A stretch of DNA of 63,810 nucleotides, counting the filler, from Reticulomyxa filosa (lineage: Eukaryota; Protista; Foraminifera), in NCBI GenBank assembly GCA_000512085.1. It is 17 parts of 17 records of this genome, joined end to end, with 100 filler letters (N's around TTAATTAATTAA, not from the genome) between each part and the next. Parts side by side here need not be neighbours in the genome. Positions count along the whole stretch, not along the records: positions 33,075 to 40,535 come from ASPP01000373.1; positions 40,636 to 41,641 come from ASPP01002134.1; positions 41,742 to 46,990 come from ASPP01004750.1; positions 47,091 to 50,333 come from ASPP01026199.1; positions 50,434 to 52,535 come from ASPP01027305.1; 12 more parts are not named here. One strand, written 5' to 3'. This document shows, one piece after another, positions 39,360 through 52,138 of the stretch. The stretch's first letter is position 1. The number at the start of each line of letters is the position of its first letter. The position numbers were made by a program, and so were the translations under genes. The notes under the pieces are model-generated. The model saw nothing but the letters and a program-made list of their open reading frames with translations, did no database searches and was not told where the DNA came from.

Positions 39360-39870
39360 CTATTTATTGCTATTGCAAATATTGCACTGTTTAATCGGAA
39401 AACAATAATAATAAGAAGCAGAAAAAATACGCCCATTATATTTTTTTTGTCGATGAAACATTTTAGATTTGGAACTAGGATGTCTGGAGGTGCGCAGAAT
39501 CCTCTCACATGCGTGTATGTCTTTTGGACAATCAGAAGACACTCTATCTAAGAACAATTTGCAAAAAACATCGTAAAACTCAGATGAAGTGAACCATCTC
39601 GCAATAAATTCACTTTCGGCCATGGAAGCTATCACATTTGTTACAGTGTCTTGTTTCCTTGTTTCCGTCTTTTCATCCTCACTGCTTTGTGAATCAGGAC
39701 GAGGTGGGTCTAACACAATTGATGTTATCTGAGTCTTTCCACGCATAACAGGATTTGATTTACGTGGCAAGGTCTCTTTTTTATTTTCAGAGCCATCTCG
39801 TTTCAACTCTTTTTATGTATGTACAAAAGTCAATTTATACATACAACGCAAAAAAAATATATATATACAC

Positions 39871-39902
<32 letters not shown>

Positions 39903-40430
39903 TGTATCGCTTGATTTCCCCTGACATACTCGAATCTTTCATACAAAAATGAACAACAATAAAAAAAAAAATACCCTTAAACTCACCGTCTTCATCACTG
40001 GCAATAGAAGAAGAGGAAAAATCAGAATAATCTACTTCCGATCTTTCCTTTTCTTGGTAGTCCTTGTACCTAAGTTGAGCATTTTGAACAAATGTATCAA
40101 GTATAGGAAAGGGATCTCTCCCTTCTTTTTCTTTGTCCCAAATGCAGCCCCCTTCTTTCGTAGATTTTGTGAGTAGCAGTCTTTCTAACCGTATTTCAAT
40201 GGTCTCCCACGTTGTTGCTGGGAAACACAAATGCAGTGAATAGTACTCGTACAATTCCTTGCATTTGTTAATTATGTTTTTCATGCTCTGAGGAGATTTG
40301 TTGTTTTTCAATTCATAAAAATATTGGTCTACAAGACCAATGCCTATTTCTTCTACTTTGTCGACCACTATCCCTTTGTCCTTTCTTTCATTTACGAGAA
40401 AGAAGACATAGTCTTTATCCATTTGATGTT
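39360..40430 (-). CDS. 3' part of an uncharacterised protein (at least two exons)
   Basis: ORFs 39835-40422 and 39360-39806 separated by a (TA)n-containing intron; no family recognised. Confidence 0.55.
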
Positions 40431-40444
40431 CTCTTGCATGTTTC

Positions 40445-40475
<31 letters not shown>

Positions 40476-41741
40476 GATTTGGAGTGAGTCTGAAAAAAAA
40501 ATAAAAATAAAAATAAAAAAAAATGCAAACTTGAANNNNNNNNNNNNNNNNNNNNNNNNNNNNNNNNNNNNNNNNNNNNTTAATTAATTAANNNNNNNNN
40601 NNNNNNNNNNNNNNNNNNNNNNNNNNNNNNNNNNNGATGTGGGTGATAATGCCTACAAGTATCCGGCATTATACATGCGACTGTAGAGAGGCAATACGGG
40701 CATTGTAAAAAAAAAAGTATATAGTGCGTGGTGTGATAGGTGACGGTTAACAGTCATGAATCTTCAGCGTCAGAATCACGCTCCACCAACTGATCTTGAT
40801 TTTTTATTTTTTATGAAGTGGTCTAAATTTTTAATAGGTCCGGTGCCTCCAAACTCAAAAAAAATATCTCAAACATTTTTCTTTTCTCATTAAACATTCC
40901 GTTTGTAAATTTTAAACTCATTTTGATATCTTCTAGATGTTATTGCATTAAAGATTTATTTATAGTTAGAAATGATGAGCCAATGTTCGCCAATTCTAAA
41001 CTGACGCCTTTTCAAATATTCCACTGTTTTAAGCCTGCTTCAAATTTTAAGTGAATGTTAAGTTATTTAACAATATAATGCTGAACTTTGTCTAAAACAT
41101 TTAAAGAAACGAAAATCTGAATTACACAATGAAAGAATGCATGTCGATCATACAACAGTTGATTAATTTGCATTTGACATTTCATGAGCATATTTATTAT
41201 ATGAAATAATTATCACAATTGAGTTCGAAGATTGATGGTAAGATTAAGCAAGACAATTCAATTTTGACATAATAAAGTACAACACATTTTTTTATTTTTA
41301 AATAAATATATTGATACATCTCAGAAATAAGCACATAACAAAAACATTTTTCAATAAATTTTTATCTATTGAAATGTCTCATAGTTGTCAAAATTACGTA
41401 TTGAATGATTGGAAAGTGTTTTTTTTTACATAAACACAAACAATGGACTTAGCTTTGTTGGGTATTAAACAAAAAATAAATCAGTAATTTGTTTTCAAAA
41501 ATACATTGAAAATTGTGCACCTAAAAAAAATGCTAGTAAATGAACGCATTAAAGCTATCTATCTTTTTCTTGTGTTTGTCTGAGGACGTACATAAACACA
41601 AATTTTAAAAAAAAAGCAAAGGAAGGAAAAAGCGAAAAAGANNNNNNNNNNNNNNNNNNNNNNNNNNNNNNNNNNNNNNNNNNNNTTAATTAATTAANNN
41701 NNNNNNNNNNNNNNNNNNNNNNNNNNNNNNNNNNNNNNNNN

Positions 41742-42456
41742 AATGCCAATGCCAATGTCTCTTCTACCACTGCAACAGCAATAACTGTGGCTAGTAGACA
41801 CGATTGGGATGAAGAGTACATTAGGCATGTTCTCGTTCCCATGTGGCGAGAAGCCATGCAACTAAGTCGAGATACACAATGCATGCAAATCAATGGCCAG
41901 TCCATGTACTACAAAGTGTGGCAGCCATTGTCTCACTCGCAACATCGTCACCACTCCACGCAAACGCCATTGCTTTTAATTAATGACTGGTAAAAAAAAA
42001 AAAGGAGCATTACAATTGTTTATTGTGCATGTGAGGTCCATACGTATACATATATGTATATGTATATGTATATGTGTACGTATACGTATATAAATAATAT
42101 AATGTCCTCCTTCTTCCTTAATTGTTCCAGCGGAATGGTGAAAGAAGACTGGGTAGACTTTGTGTGGCACATGCGAAGAAATCGGCAAGTGGTAACGTAC
42201 GACTTACGAGGCTATGGCCAAACGGGCCTGCCTTCGGGCCAATCGACGCAGTCGATGTTCAGCACGCATTTGCTAGCGTCCGACGTTGCGTCGTTGATCG
42301 AGATGCTGTTTTTCGACCGCCGCACAAACACACAGCAAAAGGTGTTTGTAATGGGCGTGGGACTGGGGGGACTGGTTGCGCAAGTGCTGGCGATCCGATT
42401 CGGGTGCAGATTGTTGCAAGGGATTATTATCTCCGGAGTGTGTATCACTACCAATC

Positions 42457-42492
<36 letters not shown>

Positions 42493-43867
42493 GTAACGAT
42501 GGCAGTAGTATTTGTCGTGGTCTCATTGGTCAGAGTCCATACTATCATTGGCATTGCGAGCGTCAAAACAAGGCTATGTCGTCGCCATTGTCGTCTCCAT
42601 GGACGATGGAAAAGACAATAAACAATGGTCAATCGGTGCCAACTGGATACGATCCTCAATTCCATTATCTTCGTCGCTGTGTGGAATGGTGTGACCGGCC
42701 TGCCATTCGTCTGTTCCCCGAAAACGACAACAACAACGACAACGATGACGATGACGATAATGATGAACTGTTACGGCAACAGAATACGTATCCGACCTAC
42801 ATGGTCGAGGTGTATACGTTTGGCGACGGCGAGGATGGCAGTGATGATAACACGCCGCAATGGGTAAAAGGATACGATGTCGACTATCCTTTTGTCTTTC
42901 AAGCCACTTCGTGCTTGAGTCGCATGTACAATCGTCCTGTACAGGGTTTGAATGCGCTGATGACAGGCTTCCTGCGAGACATCAAAGAGGGCGTTTATCA
43001 CATTCAAGACTTGGATGTCCCTTTGCTCGCCATTTACGGCGAACATGATCAACTGACTCCGCTGGATCGTGTTCAAGAGCTTATTAAAACCGTCGGCTCC
43101 ATTGAAAAGGATTTCCATATCATCGAGTTTAGTTTGTTTTAAATGCAATTTACAAAACACATGTTTTTAATTCATGTCATTTGCTTACAAAGAGGAGCAG
43201 GTTCCTTGTGGTGGCTGACACATTGCAAAGAAGGCGCCAATGCTGTTGATTCCTTTTTAAATCAGTTGGAACAGTTGCGTCGATATTCATTTTGTTTGCT
43301 TTTTTTTTGTTATAACATTTTCTCCCTCCGTTTTTTTTTTTTTTTTGCAATAGAAACCAAATACGATTGTATGAAATTAATATCGAAAGTTTGGAGCCAA
43401 CGTACTCCAACAATGGAGGGTTGCAAAGTGATGACAGGCTTGTTTTAAAAATCGCTTCCGATGCATTCGTAACCGACTCTGGAAATAACCACTTTTGTGG
43501 ACAGCATACTCTGCCTTTTGCTGTCCACCAAGCCTTTGATCAGCCTGTCACGCTCACATTCGAGGTGCTGCATCCATTGCTTGGTGAAACAAATATCGAG
43601 TTCACAGTAGTCAAGATCAGTTCCGACAATAAAAGTGAGGAGGCGTACGCACCCCAATCCCAAGTTCAAGGCCAAGCCATTGCCACTGGCATTGTGTGCA
43701 CAACTCAACATTCGAATCAGTTGGTCAATGTTGATTTGATGGCCGTTGATTTCGACCATGGACAGGTGCAAGAAAACAACACTTTTGGCTCTTTGAAAAT
43801 ACGACACGGAGTTGTCTCCGACTTTTCCAACTCCAAATCACGTCCTAGTCAAATTGAAGTGCTTTAA
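41742..43867 (+). CDS. Alpha/beta-hydrolase-fold protein lacking catalytic Ser and His, fused to a C2-like beta-sandwich (5' partial)
   Basis: 'PLLLINDCGMVKEDW', 'VVTYDLRGYGQT', 'VMGVGLGGLVAQ', 'VPLLAIYGEHDQLTP', 'IIEGAGSLWW'. The C-terminal exon (43367-43867) is beta-rich and resembles the domain preceding GDPD in Gde1/GPCPD1. Confidence 0.8.
42456..42491 (+). repeat. (AAT)n coding microsatellite (poly-Asn)
   Basis: aataataat run in frame within the hydrolase exon. Confidence 0.9.
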
Positions 43868-44559
43868 TTTTTATTTTTTTTTAAATATTATATATATTCA
43901 ATTAAAATAAATAAATACTCAAAATGTCACTTTCTATGAAAAAGTAGTCTCTTTTTTCTCCTCCTCAGCGTTAGAGTTACTTTTCCATGGCTCGATTTTC
44001 CTTTTTTTTTCTAGTCTTTTTTTGTTTTGGTTGATTACTTTTACTTACAGTTTTGTTTTTCATTTTTATGTTTTTCGTTATGAAATTGCAAACACTGATT
44101 ATTAAAAAAAGGTAAAAAATTCCTTGCTGTCTTACTTCAAAAGTTCAAGCAGAACTTACTTAAAAAAGGACGTTCAGTCCAATCCAAAAACTCAAAAAGA
44201 CAATGTCAAAACAAAAAAAAAAATCCGAACAATGTCAAAGCGTTATCACTTTAACACCTCTTAATGATGGCACATACATAAAGCTTATTTTGAGAAAGTT
44301 TTTGAACACACAGTAAACAGAAATTTATTTGTTCGTGACCAATTTCTAAATAAAATTATAATAAAAAAAAAGAAAACAAGACGCAAAAAATCTCGACGAT
44401 AAGGTTTGCCAAACGAGTAAATTTCTATTCCACTTAGACATTGTCTTCCATTAGATAAAAATGGTGTCAATAAAAAATGAACCAAAAGAGCTATCTATTT
44501 ACAAGCCTAAAAAATTCCATGAATTGAGTTTTGAAAAGTTAAAAACAATACAGATTGTC

Positions 44560-46178
44560 TCAGATTTCTGATTTTCCATTGCAATAACTAATTTTCTTTT
44601 GGTTAATTTCAATATTTCAATTTTTGAATCGTTTCATTTTGGAATTTTTTTTTGTTCAAAAATTAAACTAACTACACATTATATTGCATATATCTTTTTA
44701 TAAATTCCAATGCTATTTTTGCAATTGATTTTGCATCTTTCATGAATATTTATACCTTTGTCAACAAGTCCATCCAATTGTTGTTTATTTAATTTCACTG
44801 ATATCACACAAAGTAAGTCTGCACACGTCCAACGATATCTCTTAAAAACTTGTTTGTAACATTGGACAACAGCATCCGAAGTTTCTATTGAAATACACAA
44901 ATACTGTAATAATTTTAATCGATCTCCATCAAGTGTATTAAATTTTTGAATTATCTTAATTTGATCGATGATACACAAGTGGAAATGCGATTCTATCACT
45001 TTATTCAATGGTCTGTCAAGACGGTCAATATAGTTATAAGCTCTTGGAATGTCAAATGAAGGGAATATACTGAATAATTTGGTTGTGATAAATGTTTTGA
45101 TTTTGATTCTTGTGCTTGAACAAATCCAAATGAATTAATTCGAGACCATTGAGATATCACTGAAATATCTTTACATGGATATTTAGTACTGTTTGTTGAA
45201 TTTCACAAGAAATGATTAATTGTCTACATTTTAATCATTCCCATGTAATTTCATTTCAAACTTATTCAATATCTTGTTATCATTTAATTTTTTATTCAAT
45301 CCATTTCATATAACTTTTCAACAATGTCTCATACAATTTTAAAAGAATCATTTCATTCCATTTATCATCATTTGATTTATCTTTTCTTGACAAATAACAA
45401 AATAATCTCAGATACAATGGTATATGACTCAATAATTTTAAACTTTGATTATTGTTCAATTTCTTGATCAATAAATCTGATTCATTGCTATTTTTGATAT
45501 AATTTTGAATATCTTGTAATTGGAATTTAATAACATTCAACAAATTGTATTGGATCGACTTGTGATAATTATGGAATAATTTTGATTTAAAAATGCAATG
45601 TTGCAACCATGATTTTAGGTTTGTATTTATCCATCTAATAATAATAATACATTCATTGAATTAATAATGCATTTTGTGTCATTTATATTCCATTGATAAT
45701 GATTGATCATAAGTATTCAATATAATCATTACTTTCATTTTTCTTTTGATCACCACTATTGTCGTTAATACGATGAAAAGCATTGATAATTTTTCTCAAA
45801 GGGATGAAATTGATGATTCCATATTTGATAATTTCCCCACAAATATGCAATTCTTTGAGATAATACACTTTTTCCATTCCCTACTTCTCCTCGAATACTA
45901 ATGTGACATATTTTCCAAATATCTGGCAATTCGATATTTTCATAGATTAATGAATAATCTAATGAATTTGGCCATTTTCCTTTTTCTCCTTTTTGTTGAG
46001 TCAAAAGAGTCAATCGAATGTCCAGGATCATCAAATAATGGAACCAATATCGCTTTAATTTTTCTTTGATTGAATTTAATTGTTTATTTTTCACTTTGTG
46101 CTTTGTTGTCTTTTTTTCTTCTTTATTACTTGAAGTTTGTTCAAGGAGATCCTCTTCTGCTCCTAATTGGCCACCCAT
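44560..46178 (-). pseudogene. Degraded NACHT (STAND NTPase) + HEAT-repeat gene
   Basis: Walker A 'ISIRGEVGNGKSVLSQRIAYLW' (45867-45890), 'LLSHIPLYLRLFC', 'LYETLLKSYMKW', HEAT-like 'CADLLCVISVKLNKQQLD'; many stops and deletions. Confidence 0.8.
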
Positions 46179-47109
46179 GGTGACTTTTTCCTCTGAAATG
46201 TTTGAAAAATTTTGATGAAGGGGCTTGTTTAGAATTTTTTTTTGTCAACTGGATTTTTTGTACAAATAAAAATATTGACAAGTGTCTAGTTTTTTTTTTA
46301 AAAATTATGAATAAAATCTTCCGATTTGTCATTCTTTGAAAGAAAGGAAAAGCTGATTTGCATCAAAACAATTTTATTTGTTAGGATTCTTCATCTAGTT
46401 GATGTAAAATTTTTTTGTTTGTTCAATTTGAGACTTATTTGCTACTTGAAAAACTAGAGTCATATTTTGAAGAAAGTGCTGTTATTATACAACAATTCCT
46501 GTATCTTTAAAAAAAAGATATAACATGCTGCCATTTTGACGTCCAGTAAGATTGACTTTGTTCATCAATAAATCATTTTGAAATATATTTGATCAAAAAA
46601 ATAGAACCACAGTAATGCTATTATTTGTGAAATCTCCATCGCTTATTTGTTTTTGCTCATACTCTTTTGAATTGTTTTGTTGTAAATTAAAATTTCTAGA
46701 CAAAAAGTGCTTGACTAATATCAAAAGTTACATCAAATGTATTTTAAACATTGCATATTATCAAATAATTTTTAAGCTTTTGCAAAATTTCAATTGGATA
46801 TTTTTGCAATCAATAATATTCTTTACAGATTTCATTGATGATATATGAAAAATTTGTAAAGTATTTGAATGTGTACTGAGAATGGACTCCATTTCAATTG
46901 TATGGATACGATTTTATGTGAATGTATCTGTCGTGCATCACCTGAGCCTGATACAATCATGTTGTCATCTGAAGAAATATTTATATATCANNNNNNNNNN
47001 NNNNNNNNNNNNNNNNNNNNNNNNNNNNNNNNNNTTAATTAATTAANNNNNNNNNNNNNNNNNNNNNNNNNNNNNNNNNNNNNNNNNNNNTTTTTTTTTT
47101 TTTTTTTGT

Positions 47110-47292
47110 TCACACTTTTTTTTCTTTCGCCTTTGCGGCTTTCCCTTTTTGTAATGCGCAACCTGCAGGGCCTTTTAACACTAGGGACCAGGGCTTGCTC
47201 ATGTCGTCATCCTGTGGTCTAAACGATATTATCAAGGGATGCTCACTTTTCTCTTTTTCCCAAATGGCCAGTCGTTTTTGAATTTCTGTCAT
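47110..47292 (-). CDS. N-terminus of a ubiquitin-conjugating enzyme (E2/UBC-like) protein (3' partial)
   Basis: 'KRLAIWEKE...ISFRPQDDDMSKPWSLVLKGPAG' fits UBC helix 1 and the W-x4-GP motif. Confidence 0.55.
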   Translation of the reverse strand: MTEIQKRLAIWEKEKSEHPLIISFRPQDDDMSKPWSLVLKGPAGCALQKGKAAKAKEKKV

Positions 47293-49732
47293 ATTGTTCG
47301 TGTTTTTGTGGCACGTTTAATGCAAATTCTATACCTGTTAGGACCCTTAAGGTAAAGTTTTCAGTACAGAATAAATAACTTGCAAAACTTTGAAAAGTAT
47401 TGATACTTTTGTCAACCTAATAAAGCTTTACTAAAACCAATATCACATTTAAAACTTTGACACTTGATACTCTAAAAAATTAATATTTGACAAACTGTAA
47501 GACTTTCTTGCAAAGATTAAAATCAAGTAACATTTTTTTTCTTTCAAGAAAACAAACACTAAAGAAATATCTTTGTAATAGTAAAGAAATTATAATTTAG
47601 AAAAACTCGAATATTCCCGCCATAAACACAACAAGTTAAATGATGAAATCAAAATATAATGTGATCAAATCCCAACTTGTTTATTTGAAGTTAATTTGAC
47701 TTTGCTTTCTTTCATGAATAAATCTAATGATATATGTCTCAGTCATTACATGACAAATATTAAATAAGATATAATCTGTCACATTATGTCAATTATATAT
47801 TAATTGAATCAGCAATTTACATTTACAATATTTGACATTTCTTTATTTTCTTTATCGACAGTAATCTTCATTTATTTATTTTTTAAAAAAAAACATCATA
47901 TCATTAGATCAAACGTAAAATAGTGGTCAAGTGAGAAACTGAGACAAAGTGTGGATACACTGTCTTCACACCAACATAGACAGATTGTTAATGTACAAAA
48001 TTTCAAAATGGAGAAAAAAAAGTGGAACATGAAAAGCGCGATCCAGATCGCAGTTCAGAAACAGAACTATTATGGTGATCGCTACCCTGAGCCAGAACAA
48101 ACGAAGAGCCCCAGGCTCAATAACAAAAAAACAAACATAAAACATTAAATATAATATCAATCTTTTTTTGTTTAATTTAAATTAATTTTGATTTCTCGAT
48201 TTTTTTTTTATTAAAGTTTTCATGCATTAGAAAGACAAAATAGTGAAATGGCTAGACCACAGCAGGATGAAGAGATTCGGAACATCATGTCATAGCACAT
48301 ATTGTGTACTCACAATGAATGAGTTGCCTTTTCACCTTTTGCATTATCTATATTGATTTCTTTTTTAAAGAGATTTGTTAAATTAAATATTGTTTATATT
48401 ATATATTAAATTGGTTTATATATAAGTGTAAGGTTTGGACAATTTGGTTTTTTGTTTTGCTTTTACGCGCGCTAAGTCATATTTGGATATGGTGGCAAAC
48501 TGGTATTACATGTTTTAGCGCTAATGTGAGACTTGCATTCTCTAAAAAAAATTATATTTTTTGAATTTTCATTAGTTGTGGCTTGTGATATCTGCCTATA
48601 ATAAGTTTTCTTTTTTTCCCTTTACTTTACTAATATTATATTCTGTTAATGTGAATTTTGCAAACTTGATTTTGTGATTTTAGCGAATTTGCGCATTGTA
48701 TTTTTAAAAATGACGTAAATCTTATGAATATCATATAATTAAGATTAGTGAATCTAAACAAACTATTCGTTCAGCAATAGTGAGATTGCATAATGATCAT
48801 CAGAATATGGATTTAATTTTTTGAAATATTGTTTCTTTATTTTCATTTTTGTCTTGAGTATCGTAACTTATCTTCTTATTTAATTTACTTTTTATTGAAG
48901 ACTAATCACAGTAACCATTCTTTGGTAATCTTACATAAGTTTATTTATTTTTGGTTTCTTTGATTTATCTGTTTTATCAATTTACAATATATGACTTAAA
49001 ACATGTAAATATAACTAGACTTCATGATACATAGTCTATAACTATGCAATGTTTATAAAATTATACGTTAAAAAGCATAAATATGTAGATATCTTTTTAA
49101 GAAATTACATTAGTAATGCAATATTATTATATTCACTACCACACATATTTGCACGCGATTGCAATATGACATATTGTGTGTACAATCACATAGATTGTTA
49201 GTTGCGAACTTAGTTATTTGCAAGTACATCCAGTTTTGTAGAACTATCTTATTCAAGACACATTTACCTACATAGTTTGCGTTGTACTGTAAATGAAAAA
49301 TTGTGTACACAAAATATCTTGATTGTCATACTTAAATTACTAGATTAAGCCATAATATATGGTAAGTAAAGAATAGTATTTATTGATTAGTTCAAACAAA
49401 TATACTATAATTTTTTATAGTTTGTTTTTTATTTGTATTCGTATACGCAAATAAATAAAAATGTGCTGAAGATATAATTATTTGTGTGAAAATAGCCAAA
49501 TTATAAAACTAGTACTATTAACAACATTGACAAAAAGCGGATGGAATTTCAGCTAAAGAAATGGGTAAGTGAATGAAAATTGCGAAAGAACAATTTATTT
49601 AAGTTTAGGTAAACGAATGTTGTTACATGAAAATAAAAATGCACCGTAAAACGACAAGTGCATGAAGGAAAAATAAAATGTAAAATAGTTCCATTCTTCA
49701 GAGAGGAAAAAAATAAAGAAACAGAGATCTGT

Positions 49733-50210
49733 TTACAAATAGAATCCATTAGGAGGATTGAACTTTGATCCCAACTCAGCGAGTCGTTGATGTGCCTTAA
49801 TGTAATCTTGGAACCATCTCTCACGATCACTGGCATAAAGTTGGGTGTATTTCTTGAAGTTGTCATCAACAAACAAGACCTTATCGGTGGACAGTTGCAA
49901 CAACTTGTCTTTGTCCGAGTCTTTCACCTTTCAAATAACAAGCACATCACATATATTACAAACAAACACTAACATAAATTTTGAGTTTGTTTTTTTTTTT
50001 TTTTTTTGCAACGAGGAACAAAACTTTGTCAAAGTTGAAATACTCGTCATCAAAGTCCAGCCAATGTACAGTAAAACTGCGACCTCCAGACATGCCAAGC
50101 CCTTCTTTTCCATCGTGTCTAGGTTTGTGTGGCGCTTTGGTAAATTGGGTGGCTTTATTGGGTCCGTAGCCTTCCTTCACAGTTCCAGAGCGCTCCGCAA
50201 AAGCACGACC
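49733..50210 (-). CDS. Class I haem peroxidase (ascorbate-peroxidase-like), C-terminal exons (5' partial)
   Basis: 'GRAFAERSG', 'GGRSFTVHWLDFDDEYF', 'LLQLSTDKVLFVDDNFKKYTQLYASDRERWFQDYIKAHQRLAELGSKF'. Confidence 0.92.
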
Positions 50211-50433
50211 TGGAGAGAAAAGGAGGGGAGAAAGATAGCATCAGCATTGTCATAAACATACAAATGTTTATGTATAGACACAACCAAGTTTCAATTGTGG
50301 TACATGTCATTTTTTTTTTTTTTTTTTTTTTTTNNNNNNNNNNNNNNNNNNNNNNNNNNNNNNNNNNNNNNNNNNNNTTAATTAATTAANNNNNNNNNNN
50401 NNNNNNNNNNNNNNNNNNNNNNNNNNNNNNNNN

Positions 50434-52138
50434 AAGGAGGCGTATTACCTTATAAGAAATTCTTCAAAGAAGAAAATATGGCTGAAATACGGTTTGCGAT
50501 TGAACATTTCGAAACGGCTGTAAAAAGCATCCGTTCACAATCGAAACAAAACCAACAATTGGAAAAACAGAAATCACAATCGGAAGAAAAGATCTCAGAG
50601 CTACAAGGGACCGTTGAATTAAGTAAGGAGAATGAGCCGACCACATTTACTATTTCCATGGGTACCAAAACAGAATTCAAATTCATTTTTCCTGACTATG
50701 CAAAAAATTTTTTTGTAAACTGCGAGCTAGAGAGCGAATGGGGGACAGTTCATGTTACTCACAGCTTTAATGTTGCTTACAAGATAAATGGAAAAAGCCG
50801 CCAAAAATCGATGGATTTTAAAAACAAATACAAGGACCAGAGCACCACACAAAATAAATTGTCTGTTATGAATGAATATGATATAGGAGAGAACATTTCA
50901 GGCAATAGTTCCAGAGATAATAACATGCCTGATCCGAAAACTCCATATTCACTTTTTATTCAAGCAGAGTTTGGCCAAGACGGTATAATCACCAGGATAG
51001 CAAGCGCAGACGATGGGGAGGATGAGAAGGACAATACACTGTTTCCTATGCATAATCAAGCAAAAGAAGTAGCAGAGGATATTTTATTCTGCATTGATAT
51101 ACTTAAAAAAAAATACTGCCAGATTTAGAGAAAATGAAAAGCACGGATGTAACATATAATACACTCAATCAAGCAAAAATAATGCTTGTTAATACAATTG
51201 CGCGCTGGGGCAGAGATCTTAGACATGCGATCCAAAAAAGCAAGAGCTCTCATCAATTGAAGAATATACCATTCCTATCTATGGTACCGAGCAATCTAAA
51301 TAGCTTAACCTTCTCTGAACTGTTTCGAACACAATTCATTACTATAGTGGAGGATGTAACACTTAGCGCGCTTGGTAAGATTTGTGTATTTGGAGGTGCT
51401 GGATCTAAAATCCTAAAGCCTATCGATGAATGTACTGTACTTGTAGAGCATCATGCTCAAGCAGGCAGTCTACTTTCAGTCGTAGCGCCTGCTATATATG
51501 GAAAAGTCATCATCAAATCCGCGTACTGGGAGGAGACGATCAAGGAATTTGAGAAGATAGACCCAGAGAAGATGACAACAGATAAAAAAACACGACAAGC
51601 AAACGGAAATATTTGGTTTACCTCGATGTTGGGCACAGAGAATAGCAAAGATATGGATGATGCCATCTTTGGCGGTACATATAACCTCATTACTACTGAA
51701 CAGATTTTGAAATTAAGAATCCAGTCCCTCGGCTTAGCTCATCAAGTCCAAATCTTAGGGAAAGGATATTTCATTAACCGAGAGTCAAATAATATCAAAC
51801 AGCTTGTACGTATTAGCAAGACAAGTTGTATTGGCTATCAGTTGTTGCCTATTAATCTTCATGACCATTGTGTTGGTGTCATTATCTGTGGTAACCAGCT
51901 ACATTACATTGACCAGAAAACAATCCTATGTCAGATCAATTAAAAGAGATCTTTCAACAAGCTGGCTTCGATGCTCAACAAATTCTGTCTGAACGACAAC
52001 AATATGCGGAAACTGTGCTCCTGTCTGGATTGAAACTTGTGTCATGTACTTGGGAGCAGATCTTTCTCTCAAACTGAGGCTGTTGCTTGTCACGCAGAGC
52101 TGTTTGGCTTATCTCCCTCTCTGAAGCATAAGAATTAA
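50434..52138 (+). CDS. Intronless protein with a C-terminal CE-clan/Ulp1-like cysteine protease (putative deubiquitinase); four 1-nt frameshifts; 5' partial
   Basis: Frame open from the contig start. ORFs 50478-51128 and 51134-51943 join across an A9 run. Reconstructed tail: 'LLPINLHDHCVG...HYID(P)ENNPM...ERQQYA(x)NCAPVWIE...YLG...SQTEAVACHAEL'. Confidence 0.65.

Noticed and set aside
40636-41641. Small contig checked for RNA genes or mobile-element ends
   Set aside because: AT-rich, with no tRNA/rRNA structure, terminal repeats or credible ORF seen.
42122-43160. Multiple overlapping antisense and alternate-frame ORFs in the hydrolase exon
   Set aside because: Shadow ORFs from locally higher GC and triplet repeats.
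50434-50440. AAGGAGG as a Shine-Dalgarno site for ORF 50478
   Set aside because: It lies about 37 nt from the ATG, at the contig edge, and inside the same open frame (GGVLPYKK...), so it is not evidence of a bacterial start.
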